The notes under the pieces are model-generated. The model was not told the origin of the DNA. It made no database searches and saw only the letters and a list, made by a program, of their open reading frames with translations. The position numbers were made by a program, and so were the translations under genes. Shown here piece after piece: positions 20,723 to 29,471 of a stretch of 32,000 bases of DNA. Every line of letters begins with the position of its first letter. The stretch's first letter is position 1. The stretch is from Clostridium ganghwense (GTDB lineage: Bacteria > Bacillota > Clostridia > Clostridiales > Clostridiaceae). The DNA is taken from assembly GCF_026735165.1 (NCBI RefSeq), contig NZ_JAPQES010000006.1:217529-249528 (forward strand), read 5' to 3'.

Positions 20723-22201
20723 TTATGTTGGTATATTATCCTCTTTTAACTGAAGTAATTTTTTTATAAGTCCTTCGTTACAATACTCATCACATACAAA
20801 ACATTCTATATTATTTTTCACAAGTTCCTTTTCTGTAATTGGTCCAATAGCAACACATATTTTTTTGCTTATTTCTTCGATTCCCACCATTTTAATCATA
20901 TTTCTCACAGTAGATGGACTTGTAAATAGTACAATGTCCACATCATTAAAGGAATTAACATTTACTATCTCTCCTATATCAGGATAGTATATATGCACTC
21001 TATCTACTTGGCAGCCACATTGTATTAATTCCTCGTAAAGATATTGTCTCGAATCTCTTGAACAAGGAATCAGCACTTTATCTCCTTCTTGTACTTCACT
21101 CTTTAAGCATTTAAATAGTTCTTCTGCCACAAATTCTCCAGCAGTAATATCCGGTATTATTCCTCTTTCTTTTATGCTGCTTTCCGTAGCACGTCCTATT
21201 GCAGCAACTCTAGCTTTTAGCTTTCTTATATCAAATTCTCTTTCTTTAAGATAATCAAAGAATATATTTACGGTATTTACACTTGTAAAAACTATATAGT
21301 CATAGTTTTCTAATTTATTCATATAGTTCTGTAGATTACTACTAGTACTTTTAATCTTTATAGAGTTTATTTCTGTAACCTCTGCTCCAAGATTAAGTAA
21401 TTTATCACTCAAACTCTTAGCCTGTTCTTTTGAACGGGTAACACACACATTCCAGCCAAATAAAGGCTTTTTCTCATACCATCCTAACTCTTGAGTAAAT
21501 TCAACCACTTTTCCAACTACTATTATGCATGGAGAAGTAAATCCTGCTTCTCTAACCTTATCTCCTATGCTTTTCAAGTTTCCAGTTACCCTTTTCTGTT
21601 TTGACGTTGTTCCTCTCATAATAACTGCACAAGGAGTATTTTCATCCATACCATTTGATATTAAATTATTTGTTATACCTTCTATATTTTTTAACCCCAT
21701 TAGAAAAACCAAAGTTCCTTTAAGGTTTGCAACTGACTCCCAGCTTATATCAAGATTTTTGGAACTTCTCCCAGTAAAGACATGAAAGCTTTGAGCAATT
21801 CCTCTATGGGTTATTGGAATTCCTGCATAGTTAAGCACAGATATAGCAGAGGTTACCCCTGGAATAACTTCAAATTCTATACCTTCTTCATAAAGTCTTA
21901 GTGCTTCCTCTCCACCTCTACCAAAAACATAAGGATCTCCACCTTTAACTCTTCCAACTATATGTCCTTCTTTTGAAAGTGAAACAATCATATCATTTAT
22001 TTCTTCTTGAGTTTTATAATGACACCCTGGCTCTTTTCCGCAGTAAAATACTTTACATTCCTCATTTATATGTTTAAGTACGTTGTTTCCTGAAAGTCTA
22101 TCATATAAAACTGCTGTACATTCTTTTAGCACTTTAGCTGCCTTTACTGTCATCAATCCTTCATCACCAGGACCAGCTCCAATAAGATATACCTTTCCCA
22201 T
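20723..22201 (-). CDS. cobA/hemD: Bifunctional uroporphyrinogen-III C-methyltransferase / uroporphyrinogen-III synthase (CobA-HemD fusion)
   Basis: 492 aa. The N-terminal roughly 240 aa form a SUMT domain (VYLIGAGPGDEGLMTVKA, VKGGDPYVFGRGGEE). The C-terminal roughly 240 aa resemble HemD. Confidence 0.88.
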   Translation of the reverse strand: MGKVYLIGAGPGDEGLMTVKAAKVLKECTAVLYDRLSGNNVLKHINEECKVFYCGKEPGCHYKTQEEINDMIVSLSKEGHIVGRVKGGDPYVFGRGGEEALRLYEEGIEFEVIPGVTSAISVLNYAGIPITHRGIAQSFHVFTGRSSKNLDISWESVANLKGTLVFLMGLKNIEGITNNLISNGMDENTPCAVIMRGTTSKQKRVTGNLKSIGDKVREAGFTSPCIIVVGKVVEFTQELGWYEKKPLFGWNVCVTRSKEQAKSLSDKLLNLGAEVTEINSIKIKSTSSNLQNYMNKLENYDYIVFTSVNTVNIFFDYLKEREFDIRKLKARVAAIGRATESSIKERGIIPDITAGEFVAEELFKCLKSEVQEGDKVLIPCSRDSRQYLYEELIQCGCQVDRVHIYYPDIGEIVNVNSFNDVDIVLFTSPSTVRNMIKMVGIEEISKKICVAIGPITEKELVKNNIECFVCDEYCNEGLIKKLLQLKEDNIPT

Positions 22202-22255
22202 GTTTTTCTCCTTTATTTTTAAACTTTTATTTATACTTATATGCTCACTTCATTT

Positions 22256-23128
22256 TTACCCTTTAAGTATCTTTTCTCCTAATGCTTCCCCAAGTTTAAT
22301 GTAGTCCCATTTGTTTCCTGAGATATCCTTTTTAATCAACCTATTGCCTAATTGATAAATCCCTACCATGTACATTAATTCTCCTTCTATTGCACTATAA
22401 GCTCCAAGAGCCGTATGACATCCTCCATTCAGCCTTCTCATAAAGCTTCTTTCACCGTCAACACCTATTCTGGCATCCTCATTGTCCAGCTTTCTAAAGA
22501 TTTCTGCATTGATACTGTTTGATACTATCTCAATTCCAAGTGCTCCCTGTCCAACTGCTGGTAAGAACTCAACAGGATCAAAATAATCTGTTATTATGTC
22601 GTCCATGTTCAATCTTTTAATTCCTGCTGATGCAAGTATAATTCCATGAAGATTTTCTTTTTCCATCTTAGCTATTCTTGTTTGAACATTTCCTCTAACA
22701 GGTACAACCTCAATATCTGGTCTCATAAGCTTTAATTGAGCTGCCCTTCTATTACTACTTGTTCCAACTCTAGCTCCTTTAGGTTGTTCACTCAAGCTTA
22801 TACCGTCTCTTGAAATGAAGACATCTCTTACATCTTCTCTTGATGGTACAGCAGCTATCTCAAAAATTTCATTTATTTCAAAAGGAACATCCTTCATACT
22901 GTGAACTGCTGCATCCGCTCTTCCTTCAGCTAAAGCAACTTCTATCTCCTTTACAAAAAGACCCTTGCCACCTATTTTGTCTAATGTAACATCAAGCTTT
23001 CTATCTCCCTCTGTTTGAATAAGAAGCTTTTCACTTTCTATATCAAATTTTTCCTTTATCAGTTTCATAACAAATTCTGTCTGAACTTGAGCAAGCTTAC
23101 TTCTTCTAGTCGCTATCTTTAAATTCAA
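22256..23128 (-). CDS. hemC: Hydroxymethylbilane synthase (porphobilinogen deaminase) HemC
   Basis: 290 aa. [21 protein letters not shown] and the GGCHTALGA region carrying the cofactor cysteine are present. Confidence 0.92.
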   Translation of the reverse strand: MNLKIATRRSKLAQVQTEFVMKLIKEKFDIESEKLLIQTEGDRKLDVTLDKIGGKGLFVKEIEVALAEGRADAAVHSMKDVPFEINEIFEIAAVPSREDVRDVFISRDGISLSEQPKGARVGTSSNRRAAQLKLMRPDIEVVPVRGNVQTRIAKMEKENLHGIILASAGIKRLNMDDIITDYFDPVEFLPAVGQGALGIEIVSNSINAEIFRKLDNEDARIGVDGERSFMRRLNGGCHTALGAYSAIEGELMYMVGIYQLGNRLIKKDISGNKWDYIKLGEALGEKILKG

Positions 23129-23783
23129 AATTCCTACCTCCGTAAAACATTCTTAATACTTTTTCATGGACACCTTTATCGTAAAAAAATTTAAAATCCT
23201 CACTAGATACAAAACCCAATATTTCATTCTTATGCCGTACATCTTTAATTCTTTCTCTCAAATTTACTATATATTTCACTAACCCATCATACTCTTTAAG
23301 CTTTTCTCTCATAGTTTCCGCTAAAAATTGAGAAGTTTTTGGACTTCCTCCTCTTGTATGCACATTAAAAATAATGTTTTCTGTCTCTCTTTGAATGGGA
23401 CTTATGAAAATTCCTTCTTTAAAATTGCTGCAATTTAAATACAGTTTGTAATTATCTTCGCAATCCGTTAATATTCTTTCCATACTCTCTTCATCATCTA
23501 CCGCAATTATTACAAGATGACTCTCTATGATGTATTTAATTGAGTAACTATCTTTAATCAATTTTAGGTTCAGTAGGTTTTCTTTCTTAAAAACATCAAA
23601 ATTACTACTGAATTCTTTTGAAACCACTGTTACATTACATCCCCTTTTGACAAAAGAGGTACATTTGATAAAACTAGCCTTACCACCGCCAATAATTACT
23701 ACCTTTGTTTTATTAGATATAAGAGAAATACAAGTATACTCTAGCTCTGAGGACAGAATATTTTCTCTAGTATCCTTAGACAT
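23106..23783 (-). CDS. sirC: Precorrin-2 dehydrogenase / sirohydrochlorin ferrochelatase-like (siroheme synthase N-terminal domain, SirC/CysG-N type)
   Basis: 225 aa. The Rossmann motif [13 protein letters not shown] is followed by the short CysG-N-like domain. It lies between hemA and hemC as in other Firmicute hem/cob clusters. It overlaps the hemA 3' end by 43 nt and the hemC 5' end by 23 nt. Confidence 0.75.
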   Translation of the reverse strand: MSKDTRENILSSELEYTCISLISNKTKVVIIGGGKASFIKCTSFVKRGCNVTVVSKEFSSNFDVFKKENLLNLKLIKDSYSIKYIIESHLVIIAVDDEESMERILTDCEDNYKLYLNCSNFKEGIFISPIQRETENIIFNVHTRGGSPKTSQFLAETMREKLKEYDGLVKYIVNLRERIKDVRHKNEILGFVSSEDFKFFYDKGVHEKVLRMFYGGRNFEFKDSD

Positions 23784-24937
23784 TCCTTTTCTCTTCCTTT
23801 TAACTGTTCTTCCTTTAATATCTCAATAGCTCTATTTATATAAGCATCTGATGTACTTTTCAAAAGTGTTTTAGCCAAAGCTTCTGTATCTTTTGTATAT
23901 CTCTTATTTCTAAAGGTAGTATATCGTTCCTTGTATACATCTTCTCCGTATTTCTTCATTTTCTTTATATGTGGAGTTATCTTTCTTAATTGTCTCCATG
24001 TAATAAATTCTTCTATGTGTTTATCTATAATGCATCTATTTTCAAGCATTAACTTTTTTCTTTTGTTCCTATTTTCATCATCAATAAAACCTATATGGTC
24101 AATATCATAAACCTTAACCTTTTCCATTTTGTACACATCCTCATGCACATCTCTAGGTACTGCCAAATCAAAAATAATCATATCTTTTTCTTGCAAATCT
24201 TCTGATGTTATTACGCAGTGAGGTGCTGAAGTGCAAGATATTATACAATCGACATCCTTGTAGTAAAGTTTTCTTTCATTAAAAGGAATTACTTTAACTC
24301 TATTGTCTGTAATTGAAACCGAATCTACATTTCTTACTGATATATATACTTCATCAAATTCTCCACTTAATATATACTTTGCTGTCAATTTTCCAACATC
24401 GCCATAACCTAAAATCATAAAGCTTCTAATTCCTCTTTTCCTACTTTCATTAACAACTATTGATGAAGAAGACACAGGTATCTTATAAAGTTCCGATTTA
24501 ACCTTAAATTCTTTTCCACAAGTAATTGCTAACTGAAAAAGTCTCTGTAATTCCTTTGTCACAGCTTTTATTTTTATAGCACTATTATAAGAGGTTTTAA
24601 TTTGACCTAAAATCTGGTCCTCTCCTAATATTTTTGAATGAAATCCACAGGCAACTTCCATTAGATGTTTTACTGCCGCCCTCTCCTTTAAGTGAAAAAC
24701 ATATTTAATTAAATCCAAATTCCATCCTAAAGCTTCAAAGATTTTTTCTAATATACTTTCATCCTCAATCTCTGAATTAAAATATATTTCTGTCCTATTG
24801 CATGTACTTATTATTACTGCTTCTTCACATATGCTTAAAAGCTTTTTCAGACATTCCTCTGAATGTTTTTGAATTATAGAAAACTTTTCTCTTGTATTTA
24901 GTTCAATATTGCTCCGTAGACCAATTAGCTGTATCAT
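23741..24937 (-). CDS. hemA: Glutamyl-tRNA reductase HemA
   Basis: 398 aa. The catalytic-cysteine motif STCNRTEIY and the NADPH-binding ILGYGDVGK are present. Confidence 0.9.
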   Translation of the reverse strand: MIQLIGLRSNIELNTREKFSIIQKHSEECLKKLLSICEEAVIISTCNRTEIYFNSEIEDESILEKIFEALGWNLDLIKYVFHLKERAAVKHLMEVACGFHSKILGEDQILGQIKTSYNSAIKIKAVTKELQRLFQLAITCGKEFKVKSELYKIPVSSSSIVVNESRKRGIRSFMILGYGDVGKLTAKYILSGEFDEVYISVRNVDSVSITDNRVKVIPFNERKLYYKDVDCIISCTSAPHCVITSEDLQEKDMIIFDLAVPRDVHEDVYKMEKVKVYDIDHIGFIDDENRNKRKKLMLENRCIIDKHIEEFITWRQLRKITPHIKKMKKYGEDVYKERYTTFRNKRYTKDTEALAKTLLKSTSDAYINRAIEILKEEQLKGREKECLRILEKIFCPQS

Positions 24938-24975
24938 TGCATCATCTCCATAAAACTTAAATAGTATTATAAAAC

Positions 24976-26043
24976 TTATCTTATATCAACATAGTGTTTT
25001 CTATGTAATTGAGCCTCTTCAAAGGTAGCCATATTATTAATAGTATATAATGCAGATTCAATAATATTAAAAGCCAGCGGACAACCTGACCCTTCTCCTA
25101 ATCTCATTTTTAAATTAAGCATAGGCTCTAAACCAAGCTCTTTCATTGCATATATTGCACCTGGTTCTGCTGATAGATGCGAAGGGAAAATGTACTCCTT
25201 AACTAAAGGATTCATTCTATACGCACACAATGCTGCAGCTGATGCAATAAGTCCATCAATAACTATTGGAACTCTATTTTTAGCTGCTCCTAAAAAGCAT
25301 CCGCAAAGTCCTGCTATATCAAATCCTCCAACTTTTGATACAACATCCAACATATCATTTTTATTGGGGTTATTTATATTAATAGCTTTTTTTACTATCT
25401 TCTTTTTATGTTTATACTGTTCTTCCGTAAGTCCTGAACCTTTTCCCACAACAATGTCTGAATCCAATCCCAACAATACACTTAAAACTGCAGCAGAAGT
25501 TGTTGTGTTTCCTATTCCCATCTCACCAGTACCAAAAAGGTCATATCCTTCTTTTACAAGTTTATCTACAGTTTCTATACCAACCTCTATGCATTTTACC
25601 GCTTCCTCTCTGCTCATAGCAGGCCCTTTTACCATATTTTTAGTGCCATAGGCTACTTTTCTATTTATAATTTTAGGATTATTAAAATCATCCTTAACTC
25701 CAATATCAACAATAGTTAAATCAGCATTTACCTGTTGTGCTAATACACAAACTCCCGTTATATTCTTAGTAAAATTATTAGTAACAATAGCAGTAATATT
25801 TTGCGGACAAGTACTTACTCCTTCTTCTACTACACCGTTATCTCCGCACATTATAATTATATTTTTCTTATTAATTTCGTTATTTAGATTTCCTGTAATA
25901 CCAGCCATTTTAACTGCTATTTCCTCAAGAGTCCCAAGACTCCCTATAGGTTTCGTAAGATTATCAATTCTCTCCCATGCCTTCTTTACAATAGCTTTAT
26001 CACTTGTCTGGATATTATCCAAGGTTTCTTTTAATAAACCCAT
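24976..26043 (-). CDS. cobT: Nicotinate-nucleotide--dimethylbenzimidazole phosphoribosyltransferase CobT
   Basis: 355 aa. LTKPIGSLGTLEEIA and GEMGIGNTT are CobT signatures. It is the first gene after the riboswitch; SD is GAGAAGGTGA. Confidence 0.9.
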   Translation of the reverse strand: MGLLKETLDNIQTSDKAIVKKAWERIDNLTKPIGSLGTLEEIAVKMAGITGNLNNEINKKNIIIMCGDNGVVEEGVSTCPQNITAIVTNNFTKNITGVCVLAQQVNADLTIVDIGVKDDFNNPKIINRKVAYGTKNMVKGPAMSREEAVKCIEVGIETVDKLVKEGYDLFGTGEMGIGNTTTSAAVLSVLLGLDSDIVVGKGSGLTEEQYKHKKKIVKKAININNPNKNDMLDVVSKVGGFDIAGLCGCFLGAAKNRVPIVIDGLIASAAALCAYRMNPLVKEYIFPSHLSAEPGAIYAMKELGLEPMLNLKMRLGEGSGCPLAFNIIESALYTINNMATFEEAQLHRKHYVDIR

Positions 26044-26061
26044 AAATTCACCTTCTCATAT

Positions 26062-26093
26062 AAAAATAAAACCTCTGTCGAAGAGACAGAGGT
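26062..26093 (-). terminator. Second terminator-like hairpin between the riboswitch terminator and the cobT SD
   Basis: Minus strand reads ACCTCTGTC-TCTTC-GACAGAGGT (perfect 9-bp stem) followed by TTTATTTTT. It ends about 10 nt before the cobT SD. Confidence 0.5.
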
Positions 26094-26111
26094 ATAAATA
26101 TTCATTTCAAT

Positions 26112-26138
26112 AAAAAAAACTCACCATATATGGTGAGG
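26112..26138 (-). terminator. Riboswitch expression-platform terminator
   Basis: Minus strand reads CTCACCATATATGGTGAG (18-nt perfect palindrome, roughly 7-bp stem) followed by TTTTTTTT. It lies immediately 3' of the cobalamin aptamer. Confidence 0.75.
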
Positions 26139-26144
26139 ACATAT

Positions 26145-26345
26145 AATCGTATGAATAACTTATGCCACTCGCCTTCCCTCCGAAGGATTAGCTTAATTAT
26201 AGGCAGGTCTCCTGACTCACGTATCATTCTCCTCTGACCTTCCCAGAATAATCCAGTGGTTATTCAGATTCGTCTACGCATACAGTAGCGGGGGCTGTAA
26301 CGGCTTTTCACCATTTTCCCTTTTAATCTTACAAAGTAAGTACCT
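26145..26345 (-). promoter_or_regulatory. Cobalamin (B12) riboswitch aptamer
   Basis: The minus strand contains AAAAGGGAAAATGGTGAAAAGCCGTTACAGCCCCCGCTACTGTA, the conserved 5' core. It also contains the B12 box AGTCAGGAGACCTGCCT (plus coordinates 26201-26217). It is positioned between a promoter and the first cob gene. Boundaries are approximate. Confidence 0.9.
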
Positions 26346-26380
26346 ACAATCAAATCTCTATTCACTTTTGCCTTTATTAA

Positions 26381-26409
26381 ATTGTATAGTAAAATTATTA
26401 ATCTTTCAA
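26381..26409 (-). promoter_or_regulatory. Sigma-A-type promoter of the cob operon
   Basis: Minus strand reads TTGAAA (26404-26409), a 17-nt spacer, then TACAAT (26381-26386). This is about 35 nt upstream of the riboswitch core. Confidence 0.5.
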
Positions 26410-26425
26410 TAAAGTTATTTTGTTT

Positions 26426-26617
26426 TTAAATTTTTATACTGTCAATCAGCATTCCCTCAGCATTTCTAAGATAAATATGATCATTTTTCTTTATTCCTAT
26501 TGTATAATCACTTGGAAGGCAATCTTCTGCCTGATAATACTTTATGCCATATTCACTTTCTTGTATTACCTTAGCTATTTTACGTCCAGAATTTTTAATA
26601 ATATCTTGTATACTCAT
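26426..26617 (-). CDS. Hypothetical small soluble protein (63 aa)
   Basis: A strong SD AAGGAGGTGA lies 6-7 nt upstream of the ATG. The ORF sits between the ilv terminator and the cob promoter. Composition is hydrophilic. I recognise no family. Confidence 0.55.
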   Translation of the reverse strand: MSIQDIIKNSGRKIAKVIQESEYGIKYYQAEDCLPSDYTIGIKKNDHIYLRNAEGMLIDSIKI

Positions 26618-26687
26618 ATACTCACCTCCTTAATATAAATTTATTTTGAATACTATTTTTTAATGTTAAATTATTTCTATATACAAC

Positions 26688-26720
26688 AAAAAAAACATCA
26701 AGCCTATAAAAAGCTTGATG
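26688..26720 (-). terminator. Rho-independent terminator of the ilvC-ilvB-ilvE operon
   Basis: Minus strand reads CATCAAGC-(9-nt loop)-GCTTGATG followed by TTTTTTTT, about 25 nt after the ilvE stop. Flanking A/T runs make it potentially bidirectional. Confidence 0.75.
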
Positions 26721-26745
26721 TTTTATATATTCTCTTCTATTAAAT

Positions 26746-27660
26746 TTAATAAATAGGAGTACAAAAATGAGCATATTTAGGATTTTTCCCTCTTGTTATA
26801 GGGAAGAATAGATCTTTAATCTTCTTGCAAACTTGCCCTGTTTTTCCATCTCCAACAGCTCTATCATCTACTTCTACAACAGGAGTAACCTCCATAGCTG
26901 TTCCACTAAAGAAAACTTCCTCTGCTGCATAAAGCTCTGTCCTTGTTATACTTCTTTCAACAACTTTCATTCCTAATTCCTCTTCTGCCAGAAGCATAAC
27001 TGTTTCTCTTGTTATTCCTTCAAGAATATTATCTGAAGGTGGAGGTGTAACTAATTTCCCTTTTCTAACCATAAATAAGTTTTCTCCTGGTCCCTCACAT
27101 ACATGACCATTTTGAGTTAAAAATATAGCTTCATCATAACCTCTACTAACAACTTCTAAAGAAGCAAGCGCTGAGTTCAAGTAAGCAGCAGTAGCTTTAG
27201 TTCTAGGTGGAAGCATATTATCGTTTATTCTTTGCCAAGAAGTCACTGCAACCCTCAACTCATCTTTACCTGTATAACTTCCTAATGGCATACAATAAAT
27301 AAGCAAACGATCGTCATCATCTATAAGAGTAGGTCCTAACTTATTACTTCCTTTATAAGCAATTGGTCTTATATAAGTAGTTGTTTTAAATCCATGCTTC
27401 TTTATTAGTTCAATTGTTATATCGATAAGTTCATCAACTGTATATGGTAATTTTATATTTAAAGTTTTACAAGATTGAAGTAATCTTTCATAGTGTTCCC
27501 TCATTCTAAAACCGTAAAGTTGATTGGTTTCCTCATCCCAATAAGCTCTTATACCTTCAAAACATGCAAGTCCGTAATTAAATGCCTTACATCTTACACT
27601 TATACTAACATCTCTTTCATCTAATATTTTACCTTGGTAAAATACATATGATTCCTTCAT
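26746..27660 (-). CDS. ilvE: Branched-chain amino acid aminotransferase IlvE (class IV PLP fold)
   Basis: 304 aa. FNYGLACFEGIRAY and the later EGPGENLF / GITR segments are typical of IlvE. Confidence 0.88.
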   Translation of the reverse strand: MKESYVFYQGKILDERDVSISVRCKAFNYGLACFEGIRAYWDEETNQLYGFRMREHYERLLQSCKTLNIKLPYTVDELIDITIELIKKHGFKTTTYIRPIAYKGSNKLGPTLIDDDDRLLIYCMPLGSYTGKDELRVAVTSWQRINDNMLPPRTKATAAYLNSALASLEVVSRGYDEAIFLTQNGHVCEGPGENLFMVRKGKLVTPPPSDNILEGITRETVMLLAEEELGMKVVERSITRTELYAAEEVFFSGTAMEVTPVVEVDDRAVGDGKTGQVCKKIKDLFFPITRGKNPKYAHFCTPIY

Positions 27661-27744
27661 ATTAAAGCCCCCTTTTCATTTGAAATTGATGATTGCGCCC
27701 CTAAATCATTTCAAATCTTGCCCTTTTCTTTAATCTTTAATATT

Positions 27745-29439
27745 CTAATATTGATCTATCATGTAAGTTATAGCTTCTCCTGGAGGAACAATAGGAAATA
27801 CCTTTTCTTCAGCATTAATCATACATTCTATAACAATAGGTTCATCTAACTCTAGTGCATATTCTAGAGCCTCTTCTACTTCATCATTTTTTGTAATCCT
27901 AATGCATTTTATTCCGTAAGCTTCACTTAGTTTCATAAAATCTACATCATTTTCAAAAATAGTACTTGAAAATCTCTTTTCATAAAACATATCCTGCCAT
28001 TGATAAACCATTCCTAATGCATTGTTATTTAATACAAGCTGTATAATAGGAAGTTTATATCTAGCAACTGTTGCAAGTTCATGAGAATTCATTTTAAAAC
28101 TACCGTCACCTGCTACATTTATAACTTTTCTTTGATTTTGTCCTATTGAAGCTCCAATTGCAGCACCTAAGCCAAATCCCATTGTTCCAAGTCCACCTGA
28201 AGAAACAAAAGTTCTTGGCTCAATATATTTATAAAATTGAGCTGCCCAAATTTGATTTTGTCCTACCTCAGTAGTTATAACACACTCACCTTCTGTAAGC
28301 TCATATAATTTATTTAAAATGTATGGAGGATATAAAGCCTTTTGACCGTTATATTGAAGACGATACATATCTTTCCATATTTTAATCTGAGAATTCCATT
28401 CACTTTCGTTTTTCTCATTAACTCTATCTGTTAATACTTTTAAAATTTCCTTAACGTCTCCTTTAACAGGAATATCTACATTTATATTCTTACCAATTTC
28501 TAAATCATCTATATCTATATGAATAACTTTAGCCTCTGGTGCAAATTCTTCTACTTTTCCTATGACACGATCACTAAATCTTGTTCCTAAAGCAATTAAT
28601 AAATCACTATTTGTTACTGCATAATTAGAACATCTTGTTCCATGCATACCCACCATTCCAGTAAAATACTCATGATTTCCTGGAAAAGCACCTAACGCCA
28701 TCAAACTACAGGTAACTGGTGATTTTATCTTTTCTGCAAAGTCTAATAGTTGTTTGCTGGCACCTGAAATAATCACTCCTCCTCCTGCATAAATAACAGG
28801 TTTTTTAGCATTATTTATTGCCTCAACTGCTTTATCAAGTTGTCCTTCCAATTCATTTTCTTTAGAATTTGTTTTATTGTAACCTTTAATATATGTTTTA
28901 CATTTTTCTTTTAGATTTTCACTTTTATATTCTAACTCTGCTATTTGTATATCTTTGGGAATATCAACAAGTACAGGTCCAGGTCTTCCTTCTTTAGCTA
29001 CTGCAAAAGCTTCTGCTATAATTTCAGGAAGTTTTTTTATATCTCTAACTATATAATTTTTTTTAGTAATAGGACGGGTTATTCCTGTTATATCAACTTC
29101 TTGGAAAGCTGCTTTCCCAAGCTGTGCTTGGGCTACTTGCCCTGTAAAAACTACCATAGGTATAGAATCTCTATATGCTGTCGCTATTCCTGTAACTGTA
29201 TTTGTAGCTCCTGGTCCAGAAGTCACAAGGACTACCCCTGTTTTTCCTGTAGCTCTTGCATATCCATCAGCAGCATGAGCTGCCCCTTGCTCATGTGCTG
29301 TTAAAATATGTTTTATCTCTTTTTCATAATACAGTGCATCATAGATAGGAAGCACTGCTCCACCTGGATACCCAAAGATTGTATCAACACCCAACTCTTT
29401 TAAACATTCTAATAATACCTTCGCCCCTTTTAATTTCAC
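27745..29439 (-). CDS. ilvB: Acetolactate synthase (acetohydroxyacid synthase) large catalytic subunit IlvB
   Basis: 564 aa. It has an N-terminal ThDP-enzyme domain (GVDTIFGYPGGAVLPIYDAL, HEQGAAHAADGYARATGK) and the ThDP-binding motif GDGSFKMN...NN. Confidence 0.9.
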   Translation of the reverse strand: MKLKGAKVLLECLKELGVDTIFGYPGGAVLPIYDALYYEKEIKHILTAHEQGAAHAADGYARATGKTGVVLVTSGPGATNTVTGIATAYRDSIPMVVFTGQVAQAQLGKAAFQEVDITGITRPITKKNYIVRDIKKLPEIIAEAFAVAKEGRPGPVLVDIPKDIQIAELEYKSENLKEKCKTYIKGYNKTNSKENELEGQLDKAVEAINNAKKPVIYAGGGVIISGASKQLLDFAEKIKSPVTCSLMALGAFPGNHEYFTGMVGMHGTRCSNYAVTNSDLLIALGTRFSDRVIGKVEEFAPEAKVIHIDIDDLEIGKNINVDIPVKGDVKEILKVLTDRVNEKNESEWNSQIKIWKDMYRLQYNGQKALYPPYILNKLYELTEGECVITTEVGQNQIWAAQFYKYIEPRTFVSSGGLGTMGFGLGAAIGASIGQNQRKVINVAGDGSFKMNSHELATVARYKLPIIQLVLNNNALGMVYQWQDMFYEKRFSSTIFENDVDFMKLSEAYGIKCIRITKNDEVEEALEYALELDEPIVIECMINAEEKVFPIVPPGEAITYMIDQY

Positions 29440-29471
29440 TTTCCTAGCCCCCTATTACTTACTAAAAAACT

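Noticed and set aside
23741-23783. The 43-nt hemA/sirC overlap and the 23-nt sirC/hemC overlap. I considered a frameshift or fusion artefact.
   Set aside because: Both downstream genes start at ATGs; the sirC ATG has a plausible upstream AGGA-type SD. hemC has the canonical N-terminus, and the sirC-like protein has its Rossmann motif after about 15 extra N-terminal residues with no alternative in-frame ATG. Overlaps of this size are common in tightly coupled operons, so no frameshift is needed.
26420-26638. A very hydrophobic 72-aa plus-strand ORF fully antisense to the 63-aa ORF. I considered it as a type I toxin-like peptide or an overlapping gene pair.
   Set aside because: It starts at a TTG with no SD upstream. 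Its F/I/L/Y-rich composition is what the antisense frame of an AT-rich gene yields. The minus-strand ORF has a near-perfect SD, so it is the credible gene.
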